Below are positions 30,500-43,487 of a stretch of 64,000 nt of DNA, piece by piece (within the stretch, counting starts at the first letter, position 1; each line of letters opens with the position of its first letter). The DNA comes from the human T2T-CHM13v2.0 reference genome, Homo sapiens. The stretch lies in the NCBI RefSeq assembly GCF_009914755.1, contig NC_060932.1; one strand, given 5' to 3'. The notes under the pieces are model-generated. The model was not told the origin of the DNA, made no database searches, and saw only the letters and a list, made by a program, of their open reading frames with translations. A program made the translations under genes and the position numbers.

Positions 30500-31605
30500 G
30501 ATAATATAAAATAAAAAATCTCAGAACCCTCTAAATTTATCATGCCAAGGGGGAAATTAAGCTCTGGAGACTGAGTCATGAAGCATGTTTGCAATTAGAT
30601 TATAGATTAACTCTCTTGCTCATTGTTCTTGTTCTGTAAATGACTAGAAGAGACTAGAGACCAGACCTTTCTCCACTTGCAATTACTGATCTTTGTTATA
30701 GATTAACTGCCTCCTTTATTGTTCAATACCTAACTCAGACCAGATGGTGCAAAAGACCCCATAACTATTAGATTCTCAGTGTGAAATGTTAAATATACCT
30801 CTGAAAATAGGTAATTGGAAATCCAAGCTGTTGGAACTCTAAATTACTTTGAACCTTAAAGAAATGTGAGGTTATGGGGACTGAGTCATGTGACAGGCAG
30901 CTGTAACCTTTCTTGCTCTGATTATAGATTAGCCTTCCTCACCTACATTGTTTTCTAAAATGTTATATATTACTAAAGGGCACCAGGGAAGACCCCTTCC
31001 CTCTTCCCTGTTGATCTTTATTATAGATTAACTTCCTCTTATCTTTCTCACAAAAAGGCTTTATGGTTATCACATTGTCTTCAGATGGAATATTAAAAAT
31101 ACTCTTTTAAATTGGAAAGGACATGAAAACAAGCTGTATGGAAAACAAAATGAACTATAACTAATTAAATGTTTATAACTCAAAAACAAGCTTTGTATAG
31201 AAAATGTTATATATAATCCTACTCTATTTTCTGTCTATATAAGAACCTTTAACTTCAGAGCCCTGACCCCATTTCTCTGGAGTCTGTGTCTTTTAAATAG
31301 CCATTCCCAGCTTTTCACTTTAATAAACTCTTTATAACTTGATTCTGATCCGTTTGACTGTTTCAGCTTGACGTGCCTTTCCTGAAAGAAAAATACCACC
31401 TCAACAAATCAGATCATTGTAACTATACATTAAGCCTAACATAGGAAGGTGTTGATATTCTGCTAAACTTCCCTAAACTTTGTGAATATGAGTGAAAACT
31501 TCTATACTTTGGAACACTGACTTCCATTCTTTAGAATCTGTGCTTCCCAAGAAGCCCGGCTTCAAACTTTGCACTTGAATCAACTCTGTTTAAACTAGAT
31601 TCTGA
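30500..31605 (+). mobile_element. nested ERV1-type LTRs inserted in an L1M 3'UTR
   Basis: LTR-like text with repeated tatagattaac motifs. An inner element runs ~30805-31372 (taataaactc...gttgac-like end). Host L1M fragments at ~30350-30500, ~31876-31915 and ~32508-32540. Confidence 0.6.
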
Positions 31606-31606
31606 G

Positions 31607-31873
31607 TCAGGCATGGTGGCTCACGCCTGTAGTCCCAACACTTTGGGAGGCTGTGGTAGGCTAATCACTTGAGACCAGGAGTTTGAGACCAGCCTGGCCA
31701 ACATGGTAAACCCCATCTCTACTAAAAATACAAAAAAAAAAAAAAAAGTTAATCAGGCAATCCCAGCTACTTGGGTGGCTGAGGCAAGAGAATTGTTTGA
31801 ACTCAGGAGGCAGAGATTGTAGTGAGCTGAGATCACACCATTGCACTCCAGCCTGGGCAACAGAGCGAGACTC
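31607..31873 (+). mobile_element. Alu lacking an A tail, with a small internal deletion
   Basis: Alu text ending gagcgagactcg directly against L1 sequence. Confidence 0.85.
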
Positions 31874-31915
31874 GCCTAATGTCTTTTTTCTGCTCCAAGA
31901 TCCCATCCAGGATGC

Positions 31916-32506
31916 TGATGAGGTGTGGAAAATGATTCCCCAGCCTGTGGGGCTTGGGCATGCTGAGTGCTTTTGAAAATTGAAAGGCCCCAGAAACAAG
32001 GTCCTGTCTAACCTTGTGTTGTTTCCCCAGCCCACTTCACCTCCCAGGACAGGAAGGGACTCTCTCTGGAGTTTCCTCATCTGTTCAAAAAAGTCTCTTA
32101 CAAAAAAAAAAAAATTGCCTTCTATCTGCTTCCTAAAATGGCATTATCTATTGCAGAAAAAAGACAAGAATGCAACCACACCTGGACAGACTTGTTTTTA
32201 AGAAGATAATTCCTGCCACTGGAGCTCAGAGAAAATTCCAGAGAAAATCCTTTACAAGTTAATTACTGTTCCCTGGTCCGTCCATTCTCCCTAATAGTCA
32301 TTTACTGCCCCTCAAAGAATTGTCTATATCCCCCAGCGCTTCCCTCCCCTATGAAAAAGGGTATATAAGCTGTACCCATTGGAAGATTGGGGGAATCCCT
32401 TTGTGATTCCACCACATTAATACATTTGTATGCCTTTTCTGCCTTTCATCAATTGATTTCAGCAAACCTTCAGAGGGCAAAGGGGAAGTTTTCCCCTGGC
32501 CTCTAT
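31916..32506 (+). mobile_element. ERV1-type LTR
   Basis: TATA-like ggtatataagc and end ...ggggaagttttcccctggcctcta. Family uncertain. Confidence 0.6.
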
Positions 32507-32567
32507 AATACCACATTACATTTGGTTGCCCTGTCTCCTCAAACCTTTGCACTTTTTGACCCATCAA

Positions 32568-33343
32568 TGAAAACACCTTTGCAAATATTATGACAGTGAG
32601 AGAACGCTAGCATGACTCATGCCCTCTTGCTTCTAGTCTCACAGGCTGGCTGTCTTCACTCATTCCTGGGCATAGACCAAGCTAATCATGGGAAAATCTT
32701 AGTATATAGTTTAATTTTGAAACAAGGATCATAATAGTCCTTCCCTAAAACTGATCCCTGCCTTGCTCAGAGACCAAAGCTGCCTTTGTAAAACTAATGA
32801 ACGTTTATGACATAGGATTGTGGGAGGGATCTGAATTCTGCTAAAATGTAGGCATAGTTTCTATGTTCCCTTACTGCTCAGGAGTGGAGTCATGTGGCCA
32901 GAGGTCACAAGATTTGTGACTTCCCCACTTGCTCCTAAAGATAGTGTCACTGCTGTAGAACCTGAGGTTGGTCTTTTGAGATGTTTTTCAGATTTTTGCA
33001 TTCTGGCAACTGACTGATCCCACCCAAACCCATGACTCATGACTCAACCGGTTCTACTGCTCTCACTCAGAGGCAGATACAGCACACAAGCACCATTTTC
33101 CACACCCCTATGATTTCATTCTCACCCAATCAGCAGCACCCATTCCCTATCCCCCTGCCCACCAAATTATCCATAAAAACCCTAGCCTCTGAGTTCTTCG
33201 TGAGACTGATATGAGTAATAACTCCAGCCCTTCCATTTGGCTAGCTCCACGTTAATTAAACTCTTTCTCTACTGCAATACTGCAGTCTCAGTGAAATGGT
33301 TTTGTCTGTGCAACTGGCAGGAAGAACCCATCAGGGGATTACA
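32568..33343 (+). mobile_element. LTR8-family solo LTR
   Basis: tgaaaacacctttgcaaatattatgacagtgagag ... gaagaacccatcaggggattaca, with attaaactctttctctactgcaa. Confidence 0.75.
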
Positions 33344-33439
33344 CGAATTCAATATCCAAGAATTTATTCTAAGGAAATAATCATAGGTGTGTGTAAAGAT
33401 TAAGCCATGATGATGGTCACTGAGGCATTGCTTAAAAAC

Positions 33440-33840
33440 TATTGAGAAACCAAAAGAGATTTTGCTTTTGGGGGTTATATCAATCCTTATTTGCCACTAG
33501 AAATTAAAACTGAGAAGTCAAGAATATATTAATTCATTTAAAACATCCAAAGTGAAAAACAGTTGATGAGAAGAACCATGTTATTTTACATTTTTGCATA
33601 TCTCTTTGAATGTTTAAAAAAGTAAGTAAATAGAAGAGAACTGGGTTTTCATATCTGCATTCAATCTGTTGCAAAATCACATGTCATGTAGCCTCTGGAA
33701 AACTCCACTGTTCACCTGTGAGAGTATGGGAGTAATAAATGCAATAACATCTCAGAATTATTATGGAAATAGGTTTGACCTAGCAGATTCCCTGAAAGGT
33801 CACAGCGTCTCTGGGTGATACTTTGAGAAATGCTGGCTTA
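33440..33840. mobile_element. hAT-Charlie remnant (same family as 7498-7850)
   Basis: tagaaattaaaactgag ... gtagcctctggaaaactccactg ... actttgagaaatgctg. Confidence 0.65.
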
Positions 33841-34555
33841 ATACAACAAAAAGTTTAAAACAACATAAAAATTTCAAATAATCTAAGATATTATAAATGA
33901 CCCTCAATACTATTAAATAAAGAATAAACACAATTCTTATTAACTAAATCATATTTGTATTTTTGTCTTTTTATTCTCATATTATGCTGGCAGAATTACC
34001 CCTTCTCCTACTAAGAATAATCCTTTGTTTCTGCATTTCTCCTCTAGCTTGTTAGATGACTCTCCCTCTCACTTCACTCCAACCATTCCCTTAGAAAGTT
34101 TCCTTCTAGAAACACTTAAGCCTGCCGAGAGTTTCTCATAAAATAAATAAATAAATAAAATAAAGTCAGCCCTTTCTGTCTACTTCTGTCTTTCTCTTTC
34201 CTCTTTTCATAACAGAGAGGATTTTTTCTCCTTTTTACCTCACTGCTTTCTAAATTCACAGTCTAGTGATTAGGTTTCCAGATTTTGTTTTTCTGTAAAC
34301 TAATTACACATTCTGTTTTGGAATTTGCTTCTTACATATTTATATGTCATTACATGTAAATTATATTATTTTTTAAACTATTATGTGGTGCTTCATTATA
34401 TTGATGTACCAATATTTAATCTATTTCCTCTTGATGAACGTTTTAATTTTCCTGACTTTCTGCTATTAGAAAAAATATGAATAGGTATGGTGTATATGTT
34501 ATTCATTTATATGTAAATGAATTTATATAAAATATAAATTTAAATTAATTTATAT

Positions 34556-35121
34556 AATTTTTTTAAAAATTTTACTTTAAGTTCTGGGATACACGTGCAG
34601 AATGTGCAGGTTTGTTACATAGGTATACATGTGCCATGGTGGTTTTCTGCACCTATCAAACCATCATCTAGATTTTAAGCCCCACAGGCATTAGGTATTT
34701 GTTCTAATGCTTTCCCTCCCCTTGCCTTCCACCCCCGGACAGACCCTGGTGTGTGATGTTCCCCTCCCTGTGTCTGACTTCAAACTATACTACAAGGCTA
34801 CAGTAACCAAAACAGCATGGTACTGGTGCCAAAACAGATATGTAGACCAATGGAACAGAACAGAGCCCTCAGAAATAACACCACACATCTACAACCACCC
34901 GATCTTTGACAAACCTGACAAAAACAAGAAATGGGGAAAGTATTCCCTATTTAATAAATGGTGCTGGAAAAACTGGCTAGCCATATGGAGAAAACAGAAA
35001 CTGGACCCCTTCCTTACACCTTATACAAAGATTAACTCGAGATGGATTAAAGACTTAAATGTAACACCCCAAACCATAAAAACCCTAGAAGAAAACCTAG
35101 GCAATACCATCCAGAACATAG
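34556..35121 (-). mobile_element. 5'-inverted truncated primate L1 (L1PA7/8-like)
   Basis: Antisense L1 3' end at 34556-34774 joined to a sense ORF2 piece ([12 protein letters not shown]...NLGNTIQ) at 34774-35121. Confidence 0.9.
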
Positions 35122-35148
35122 TGTAAATTTGACATATATGTGCATACT

Positions 35149-35554
<406 letters not shown>

Positions 35555-35599
35555 TAAGAGTTGGTATCAATTTACATTCCCACCAATAACTTAATTATG

Positions 35600-37445
35600 G
35601 CCAGACTTCTTGAGAGAGCTGTCTATAGCAATTCTCACTTTTACACTTCCTCAGTCACTTGATTCACTCCTCAGTCCATTTAATCTGGCTTCTGTCTGAA
35701 CCACTCCATTGAAATTGCTCTTCCCAAAAGTGATTAACACACCCTTCTGGTTTCTAAATCCAGGGGAAGCTTTTCAGTCCTCTTCCTATGTGATGTGGCT
35801 GAGTGCCCTCTCCTTTTCTAATGGTTCTCTTCCCTTTTGTGACACCAGACATTCCTGCTTTTCCTCCTATGTCTTGGTCTTCTGGTTAGGGGCTTTAGGT
35901 GTTTATTCTTCTTACTCAGGTTCAGTCTGGGCCTCACATTCTTACTCCAAACCCTTTCCCGGATCCACCTCATTCCCCTGCGTGGTCTTATTGTCATCTA
36001 GACATCAGTACTCCTAAAGTCAGCCCTTACCTGAGATTCACTTCATACCAGACCTGCCAACTGGCATGCTCCACAGCAATCTCCACATTCCAAAGCTGAC
36101 CTTTTCATTCCTCACTGCAACATACATCCCAAACTTGATTTCCTTCTTATGTTTCCTTTCTCAGCAAATAATAACACCATCTGTCCAGACGAACTTCAAT
36201 CTTTTGTCCCTCACTTCCTTCTCTCTCTATGCTCAAATCCCCCACTATCCATATCCAGTTAATCACAAGTCCTATTGATTCTACCTCCAAAATATTTTTG
36301 TTTTCAGTGTAGCAATGTCAGGGGCATGTGAACCAGAGCAACCGTATCTTGAATAGGAGCTGGGTAAAATGAGGCTGAGACCTACTGGGCCGCATTCCCA
36401 GATGGTTAAGGCATTCTAAGTCACAAGATGAGATAGGAGGTTGGCACAAAATACGGGTCATAAAGACCGTGCTGATAAAACAATTTGCAGTAAAGAAGCC
36501 GGCTAAAAACCACAAACCAAGGCGATGATGAGAGTGACCTCTGGTTGCCCTCACAGCCACACTCCCACCAGCGCCATGACAGTTTACAGATGCCATAGCA
36601 ACGTCAGGAAGTTGCCCTATATGGTCTAAAAGGGGAGGCATAAATAATCCACCCCTTGTTTAGCATATAATCAAAAATGGACAACCAGCAGCCCTCAGGG
36701 TGGCTCTGTCTAGGAGTATCCATTCTCTTATTTCTTTACTTTCTTAATAAACTTGCTTTCACTTTACTCTATGGATTCTCCCTGAATTCTTTTTTGCATG
36801 AAATACAAGAACCCTCTCTTGGGGTCTGGATCCAGACACCTTTCCTGTAACAACTTTTTCCATCCCCACTGCACTACCTTACTTCTGATCAACAGCATCG
36901 CTTTATCAGATAACTGCATCCACTTAAACATTCATCTAGTATTAATAGCAAATCCATCCAAGTCACCCTCTGGCTTACTATACTTCCGTGACTTCTCATT
37001 ATACTTAGAAGAAAAGCCTGTAGGAATCTGCTGATCTCTCTAATCTCATGTCACTTCACCCTCCTCTCTGGCTCCTCTGGGGCTCACTGGCATCCTTGCT
37101 CTGCCTTTCACAAATGGGATTTCTTGACAGGGATCTTCTCCTGACTTCTTCAAATCCCAGTTCAAACCTCATTTTTTCAGCCATGACCTTCCCTAGGACC
37201 ATATCTAAAGTAGGTGCCCAGTCACCTTCTCTAACATCACCAAAGTATTCCTTTTTTTTTTTTAACCATATCTCGAAGTGTAAATATTTGGTTTAAACAT
37301 TTATTGTCTGTTTGCTTTATCTCCTTATAGAAAAAGTTCTATAAGGGTAAGTGGGAACCATGTATGACTTATTCTAAATACTTTTAGGACCTAGCATTTT
37401 CTAGTAGTTTGAAAAAATATTTATTGAATTTGAATGAATGAATGA
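35600..37445 (+). mobile_element. L2 remnant split by a MER41 LTR
   Basis: L2-like text (tccattgaaattgctc, attctacctccaaaata) ending aaatatttattgaatttgaatgaatgaatga. Confidence 0.65.
36316..36852 (+). mobile_element. MER41A-type solo LTR (lacks the GAS segment)
   Basis: tgtcaggggcatgtgaaccagagcaac ... cctttcctgtaaca. Reads tctaaaaggggaggcataaataatcc where the 28-kb copy has the extra GAS-bearing block. Confidence 0.85.
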
Positions 37446-37601
37446 CCACTTTTTTTTTCCAATACACTTTCCACTCTAGAACCAAGGATATCTCTCTACA
37501 GCACAAGCTGGGTCTGTCCATCCTGCTTTTAAAACCCTTTGATAATTTTCTATTGCCCCCAGGACACAAAGCCCTTCAAATTCTGACTTCTGCTTTCCCC
37601 C

Positions 37602-37920
37602 TTTTTTTTTTTTTTTTTTTTTTTGAGACAGAGTTTCACTCTGTCACCCACGCTGGAGTTCAGTGGCATGATCTCAGCTCACTGCAACCTCCGCCCCCCA
37701 CAACTCCCCTGACAAATTCAAGCGATTCTCCTGCCCCAGCCTCCTGAATAGCTGGGATTACAGGTGCCCGCTACCATGCCCAGCTAATTTTTGTGTTTTT
37801 AGTGGAGACGGGGTTTCACCATGTTGGCTGGGCTGGTGTCGAACTCCTGGTCTCAAGTAATCCACCCACCTTGGCCTCCCAAAGTGTTGGGATTACAGGC
37901 GTGAGCCACGGCACCCAGCC
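37602..37920 (-). mobile_element. AluS
   Basis: T tract plus antisense Alu, TSD-like tctgcttt. Confidence 0.88.
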
Positions 37921-38209
37921 TCTGCTTTTCTTTTCTTTCTCTCCTTTCCCTAAATCCTTCTTATCGAATTTGACTCACTCAACCTATCAGCAGTTCCCAT
38001 AAACTCCAGCTGTCCTCTGGACCTCAGCTTTTTCTGGCTCCTACAACTTTAATAAGACCTTTCTTCCCTTTCCCTTTCCAACTAATCAAGACTTTTTCTG
38101 AAAGGTCACCTCTGACGTCTACCATTGCACCCCGCCTTCCTGACCCTGGGGTGTGGGTTTCTTTCCATGGGCCCCCACTAGCTCTCTACCCCCCACTAAG
38201 TAATAGCTG

Positions 38210-38697
38210 TCAAGGGTATCGAAATCCTAAACCTTGAAACCTGTGAATTTTACTTTATATGACAAAAGGGATTTTGCTTTTTGGCAAAATCTTGAAATAG
38301 GGAGATGATCCTGGCTTTTTCAAGTGCATCCTAAATGTAATGACAAGTGTTCTTAAAGAGTGAGGGAGAGGGACATTTTATTACAGTTGAAAGAAAGCAT
38401 ACAATCAAGGAAACAAAGAAAAATTTAAAGATGCTATGCTGCTGTCTTTAAGATGGAGAAAGGGTCCAGAAGCCAAAAATAATGCCAGGAATGCAGCTCT
38501 AGACCCTGAAAAGTCAAGGAAACTGATTATCACCTCAGAACCTCCAAAAGGAACAACCAGCCCTGCCGACCTTGACTTTCGCCCAGTGAAACTGATTTTG
38601 GACTTTTGGTCTCCAGAACTGGAAGAGAAGAAATTTGTATTGTTTTAAGACACTAAGTGTGTGGTAATTTGTTGTAGCAGCAACAGAAAACTAAAAC
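38210..38697 (+). mobile_element. MLT1 MaLR LTR
   Basis: acctgtgaattttacttta ... ctccagaactg ... tttgttgtagcagcaacagaaaactaaaaca. Confidence 0.75.
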
Positions 38698-39031
38698 ACC
38701 CACTCCCTATCATAGTTTTAACCCCCTATCTTGCAACTGCCTGCTATTTGTCCCTATCCCCCACGAGCTTGTAAGCTCTTTTTAGAGACAGGTTCTCACT
38801 ATGCCGCCCAGACTGGAATGAAGTGGTGCAATCATAGCTTATTGCAGCCTCAACCTCCTGGACTCCAGTGATGTCTTTTCACTCCCAAACCCGGCCTCAG
38901 CCACCTAAAGTGCTAAGATTAAAATGTAAGCCACCATACCCAAACTTTCTATAAGCCTAGCAGAATACCTATCACAAATGTGCTCAATTGATATGTCTTG
39001 AATATTGTTAAATACATTATGGCATACCTAC

Positions 39032-41351
39032 TGATATGGTTTGACTGTCCCCACCGAAATCTCATCTTGAATTGTAGTTCCCATAATCCCCATGTGTCAT
39101 GGGAGGGAACCACTGGGAAATAATCGAATCGTGGGGCAGTTACTCCCGTGCTATTCTTGTGATAGTGAGTAAGCTCTCACCTGATCTGATGGTTTTATAA
39201 GGGGCTTCCACGGCACTCGGCACCGATTCTCTCTCCTGCCACCCTGTGAAGAGGTGTCTTATGATGCCATGATTGTAAGTTTCCTGAGGCCTCCCCAGCC
39301 ATTCTTAATTGTCAATTAAACCTTTTTCTTTTGTAAATGACCCAGTCTCTGGTATGTCTTTATTAGCAGCATGAAAACAGACTAATACGGTAAATTTGTA
39401 CCAGGAGCAGGGCACTGCTATAAAGATACCTGCAAATGTGGAAACAACTTCGGAACTGGGTAACAGGCGAGGCTGAAACAGTTTTGAGGGCTCAGAAGAA
39501 GACAGGAGAATGTGAGAAACTTTAGAACTTCCCAGAGACTTGGAGGGCTCAGAAGACAAGATTTGGGAAAGTTTGGAACTTCCTAGAGATTTGTTGAACA
39601 GCTTTGACCAAAATGCTGATAGTGATATGGACAATAAAGTCCAGGCTGAGGTGGTCTCAGATGGAGATGAGGAACTTTTTAGGAACTGGAGCAAAGGTGA
39701 CTCTTTTTATGCTTTAGCAAAAAGACTGACAGCATTTTGCCAGTGCCCTAGAGATTTGTGGAACTTTAAACTTGAGAGAGATGTTTTAGAGTATATGGTA
39801 GAAGAAATTCCTAAGCAGCAAATCATTCAAGAGGTGACAGAGCATAAAAGTTTGGAAAATTTGCAGCCTGACGATGCAGCAGAAAAGAAAACCCATTTTC
39901 TGGGGAGAAATTCAAGCTGGCTGCAGAAATTTGCATAAGTAATAAGAAGCCAAATGTTAATCAACAGGACAACATGGAAAATATCTCCAGGGCATGTCAG
40001 AGACCTTCATGGCAGCCCCTCCCATCACAGGCCCAGATGCCTAGGCAGGAAAAATGATTTCCTGAGCTGGGTTCAGGGCCCCCGTGCTGTGTGCAGCCTT
40101 GGGACTTGATGCTCTGAGTTCCAGCTTCTCTAGCCATGTCTAAGAGGGGCCAAGGCACAGCTCAAGCTGTGGCTTCAGAGGGTGCAAGCCCCAAGTCTTG
40201 GCAGCCTTCATGTGGTGTTGGGCCTGCAGGTGTGCAAAAGTCAGTAATTGAGGTTTGGGAACATCTGCCTAGATTTCATAGGATGTATGGAAAGGCCTGG
40301 ATGTCCAGGCAGAAGTTTGCTGCAGTTGGGGAGCTCTCATGGAGAAGCTCTGCCAGGGCAGTGAGGAAGGGAAATGTGGGGTCGGCACCCCCACACAGAG
40401 TCCCCACTGGGGCACTGCCTAGAGGAAATGTGAGAAGAGGGCCACTGTCCTCCAGACCCTAGAATGGTAGACCCACTGACAGCTTGCACCGTGCACCTGG
40501 AAAAGCCAAAGACACTCAATGCCAGCCCACAAAAGCAGCCAGGAGTGGGCTGTACCTTGCAAAGCCACAGGTGCAGAGCCACCCAAGGCCATGGGAGCCC
40601 ATCTCTTACATCAGCATGACCTGGATGTGAGACATAGAGTCAAAGGAGATTATTTTGGAGCTTTAAGATTTAATTACTGCCTCTTTGGATTTCAGACTTG
40701 CATGGGACCTGTAACTCCTTTGTTTTGGCCAATTTCTCCCATTTGGAATGGGTGCATTTACCCAATACCTGTACCTCCATTGTGTCTAGGAAGTAACTAA
40801 CTGGTTTGTGATTTTACAGGCTCATAGGCGGAAGGGACTTGCCTTGTCTCAGATGAGACTTTGAACTTGGACTTTTGAGTTAATGCTAGAAAAAGTTAAG
40901 ACTCTGAGGGACTGTTGGAAGGGCATAATTGTGCTTTGGAATGTGAGGACATGAGATCTGGGAGGGGCCAGGAGCAAAATGATGTGGTTTGGTTGTGTCT
41001 CCACCCAAATCTCATATCAAATTGTAGTTCCCATATGCCCCATGTGTCGTGGGAGGGACCTGGTGGGAGATAATTCAATCATGGGGGCAGTTACCCCCAT
41101 GCTATTGTAGTGATAGTAAGTTCTCACGAGATCTAAGGGTTTTATAAGGGCCTTCCCCCTTCGCTTGATACTCTTTCTTCTCCTTCTTGCCACCATGTGA
41201 AGGACTTGTTTGCTTCTCCTTCCATCATGATTGTAAGTTTCCTGAAGCCTCCCCAGCCATGCTGAATGGTGAGTCAATTAAACCTCTTTCCTTTATAAAT
41301 TACCCAGTCTCAGATATGTCTTTATTAGCAGCATGAGAATGGACTAATACA
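39032..41351 (+). mobile_element. full-length THE1 (THE1C-like) MaLR: LTR 39032-39389, internal 39390-40979, LTR 40980-41351
   Basis: Two ~360-bp LTRs (tgatatggtttg...gactaataca-type), ~1.6-kb internal region, perfect 5-bp TSD cctac at 39027-39031 and 41352-41356. Confidence 0.93.
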
Positions 41352-42804
41352 CCTACATAATAACTATCTATACATCCTTAACATGGAATTATAGAAAAAT
41401 ATCTAATGTCATTAAAAAGTGAGCAGAATATATTTAGTGAAAAGTGGGAGTTTCCAAAAAACATATTCACTATGATTCAAAATTTATAAATTATATATGT
41501 ACTATGTGTAGCATATACAAAAAATTTAGTAACAGTCTCTAGATGTTGAGACCATGATCATTTCATTTTAACCTTTTAAACTATCTGTACTTAAATTTGT
41601 TTCTGCAATGAATAGATATTTGTTTTGTAATAGAAAAATATGATGCTTTGAAAAGAATGCTCTTCAACAATATTTAAGCTGGCCATGCGTCAATAACATA
41701 ATACTGCTCTTAAAATGGTAAACTCTTGCACAGGGATGAAATTAGTAGCTTCTTCATGGAGAGATATAATCAAACCTATTATTTCTAACGTTTTCAGATG
41801 AATTATTTAATAATTAATATTCCTTTACCAGAAGGCAAAAAATAAAAGGCTTCAACTGAAGTGATTTAAAGAGCCTCCCTTTCTTTGCTGATATCTCTTG
41901 TGCATGTGTAAAATAATCATTAGAGAATAGCACTAATGCACTTCAGAGTCCTCAAGTAACAGTCCGATTTGGCAGCCATTAAAGGAGTTAGGCTTCTAGA
42001 AGTCCACCAGTAGGACTAAGACTGAGCTGAAGCTCCAGAAAACAAGAAGGCCAGTGCATCATCCGCCAGGTAAGAGAAGAAGGCTTCAGATTCCTAAGGA
42101 AAGAATTTCACAGTTGCTGTTCTTCACACTGGTAAAACCCTTCACTAACCGTAACTATTTCCCATATGGAAAAATCAGATCCCCTTTTCTTTCTTTTTTC
42201 TTCCTGTCCCAAACCACAACCCCTCTCTCTCACTCCTTCACCCTAAGAATAGATGCAAGATTCCATGTACCCTGTTTTATTAAAAAAAAAAATGAGCAAT
42301 TAGATACAATGTTCTGGGCTTTCCAATCATATCATGGGCAGAACCTGTGCTTTTCTCAGGTCAGCCCTCCAAAGAAAACTCCACTTCACTAATCAAAGAA
42401 CTCTCTTGTGGACACAAGACTGCAATCTGACTCAGCTAATGCCCAACTCAAGCTAGATGGAGCAGAGGCAGCATGACTGGATTTTCCCCCAGAAGAAGGA
42501 AATTTGACTATTTCTATCAATTACCAATCATAGTAGCATAACTTTTTGATTGCTTGAACAGAGAGAAAAGTACAAATGGTACTTTTCTTTGGGGAATTTC
42601 TAATAGCTGTTCTTAAAAAACCAAGTGGCATATGTAATGTATTTACTCTGTGAAGCTTTCAGTTATCTTTCAAAAAATGCATAGTTCTGATTTATGATGT
42701 GATTAGAGAGTAAACATGTGGCTTAAATGATCAGGTGTTCTGATTGTACAGAAAGAATATAAATAGATTGATGTATCATGGATTCATTTTCCTGCACTTT
42801 ACTA

Positions 42805-43171
42805 ATCAGAAATAACGTTCCATCCTGTTGATGTTGTATTTTTGCATGACTGATTGATTGATTGATTGATTTTGAGACAGAGTGTCACTCTGCCACCCAG
42901 GCTGGAGTGCAGTGGCACAATCTGGGCTCACTGCAACCTCTGCCTCCTGGGTTCAACTGATTCTCATGCCTCAGTACCCCAAGTAACTGGGACCACAGGT
43001 ACATGCCACCACACCTGGCTAATTCTTGTATCTTTAGTAGAGACAGGGTTTTGCCAAGTTGGCCAGGCTGGTCTCGAACGTTCCATCCTGTTGACGTTGT
43101 ATTTTGCATGACTGATTGATTGACTGATTGATTTTGAGACAGAGTGCCGCTCTGCCACCCAGGCTGGAGTG
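42805..43171 (-). repeat. inverted local copy of the Alu plus flank at 45203-45477, with a 92-bp re-copy
   Basis: Shares private Alu variants (tactaaagatacaagaattag, cccagttacttggggtactgaggcatg) and the unique flank. About 7 differences in 275 nt by hand count. Confidence 0.93.
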
Positions 43172-43173
43172 CG

Positions 43174-43487
43174 AACTTCAAAGGTCCCAAATATTCATAG
43201 GATAGAGGCCAATATTCTTATTGCAAAACTCCTTAAAATTGGCAGTTATATATAAATAAATATATAATATATTTATAATATATAATATATAAATAAACAT
43301 ATATATTATATATATTATATATTATATAATGATTAATATATTATATATTTATATATTATATATAATATTATATATTATATAATGATTAATATATTATATA
43401 TTTATTTATATATAACTGCTAACTTTAAGGAGTTCTGCAATAAGAATATTGGCCTCTATCTTATGAATATTTGGGAATTTTGAAGTT
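43174..43487. repeat. 100-bp-arm inverted repeat around a 114-bp almost pure AT spacer
   Basis: 43174-43273 is the reverse complement of 43388-43487, with about 6 mismatches. Confidence 0.93.

Noticed and set aside
39486-39595. Tandem ~55-bp duplication (gagggctcagaag...gaacttcc.agaga) in the THE1 internal region
   Set aside because: I recall this as a common THE1-internal feature, so it is not locus-specific.
39540-40800. ORFs of 93-132 aa inside THE1
   Set aside because: Broken remnants of the MaLR internal ORF, not a host gene.
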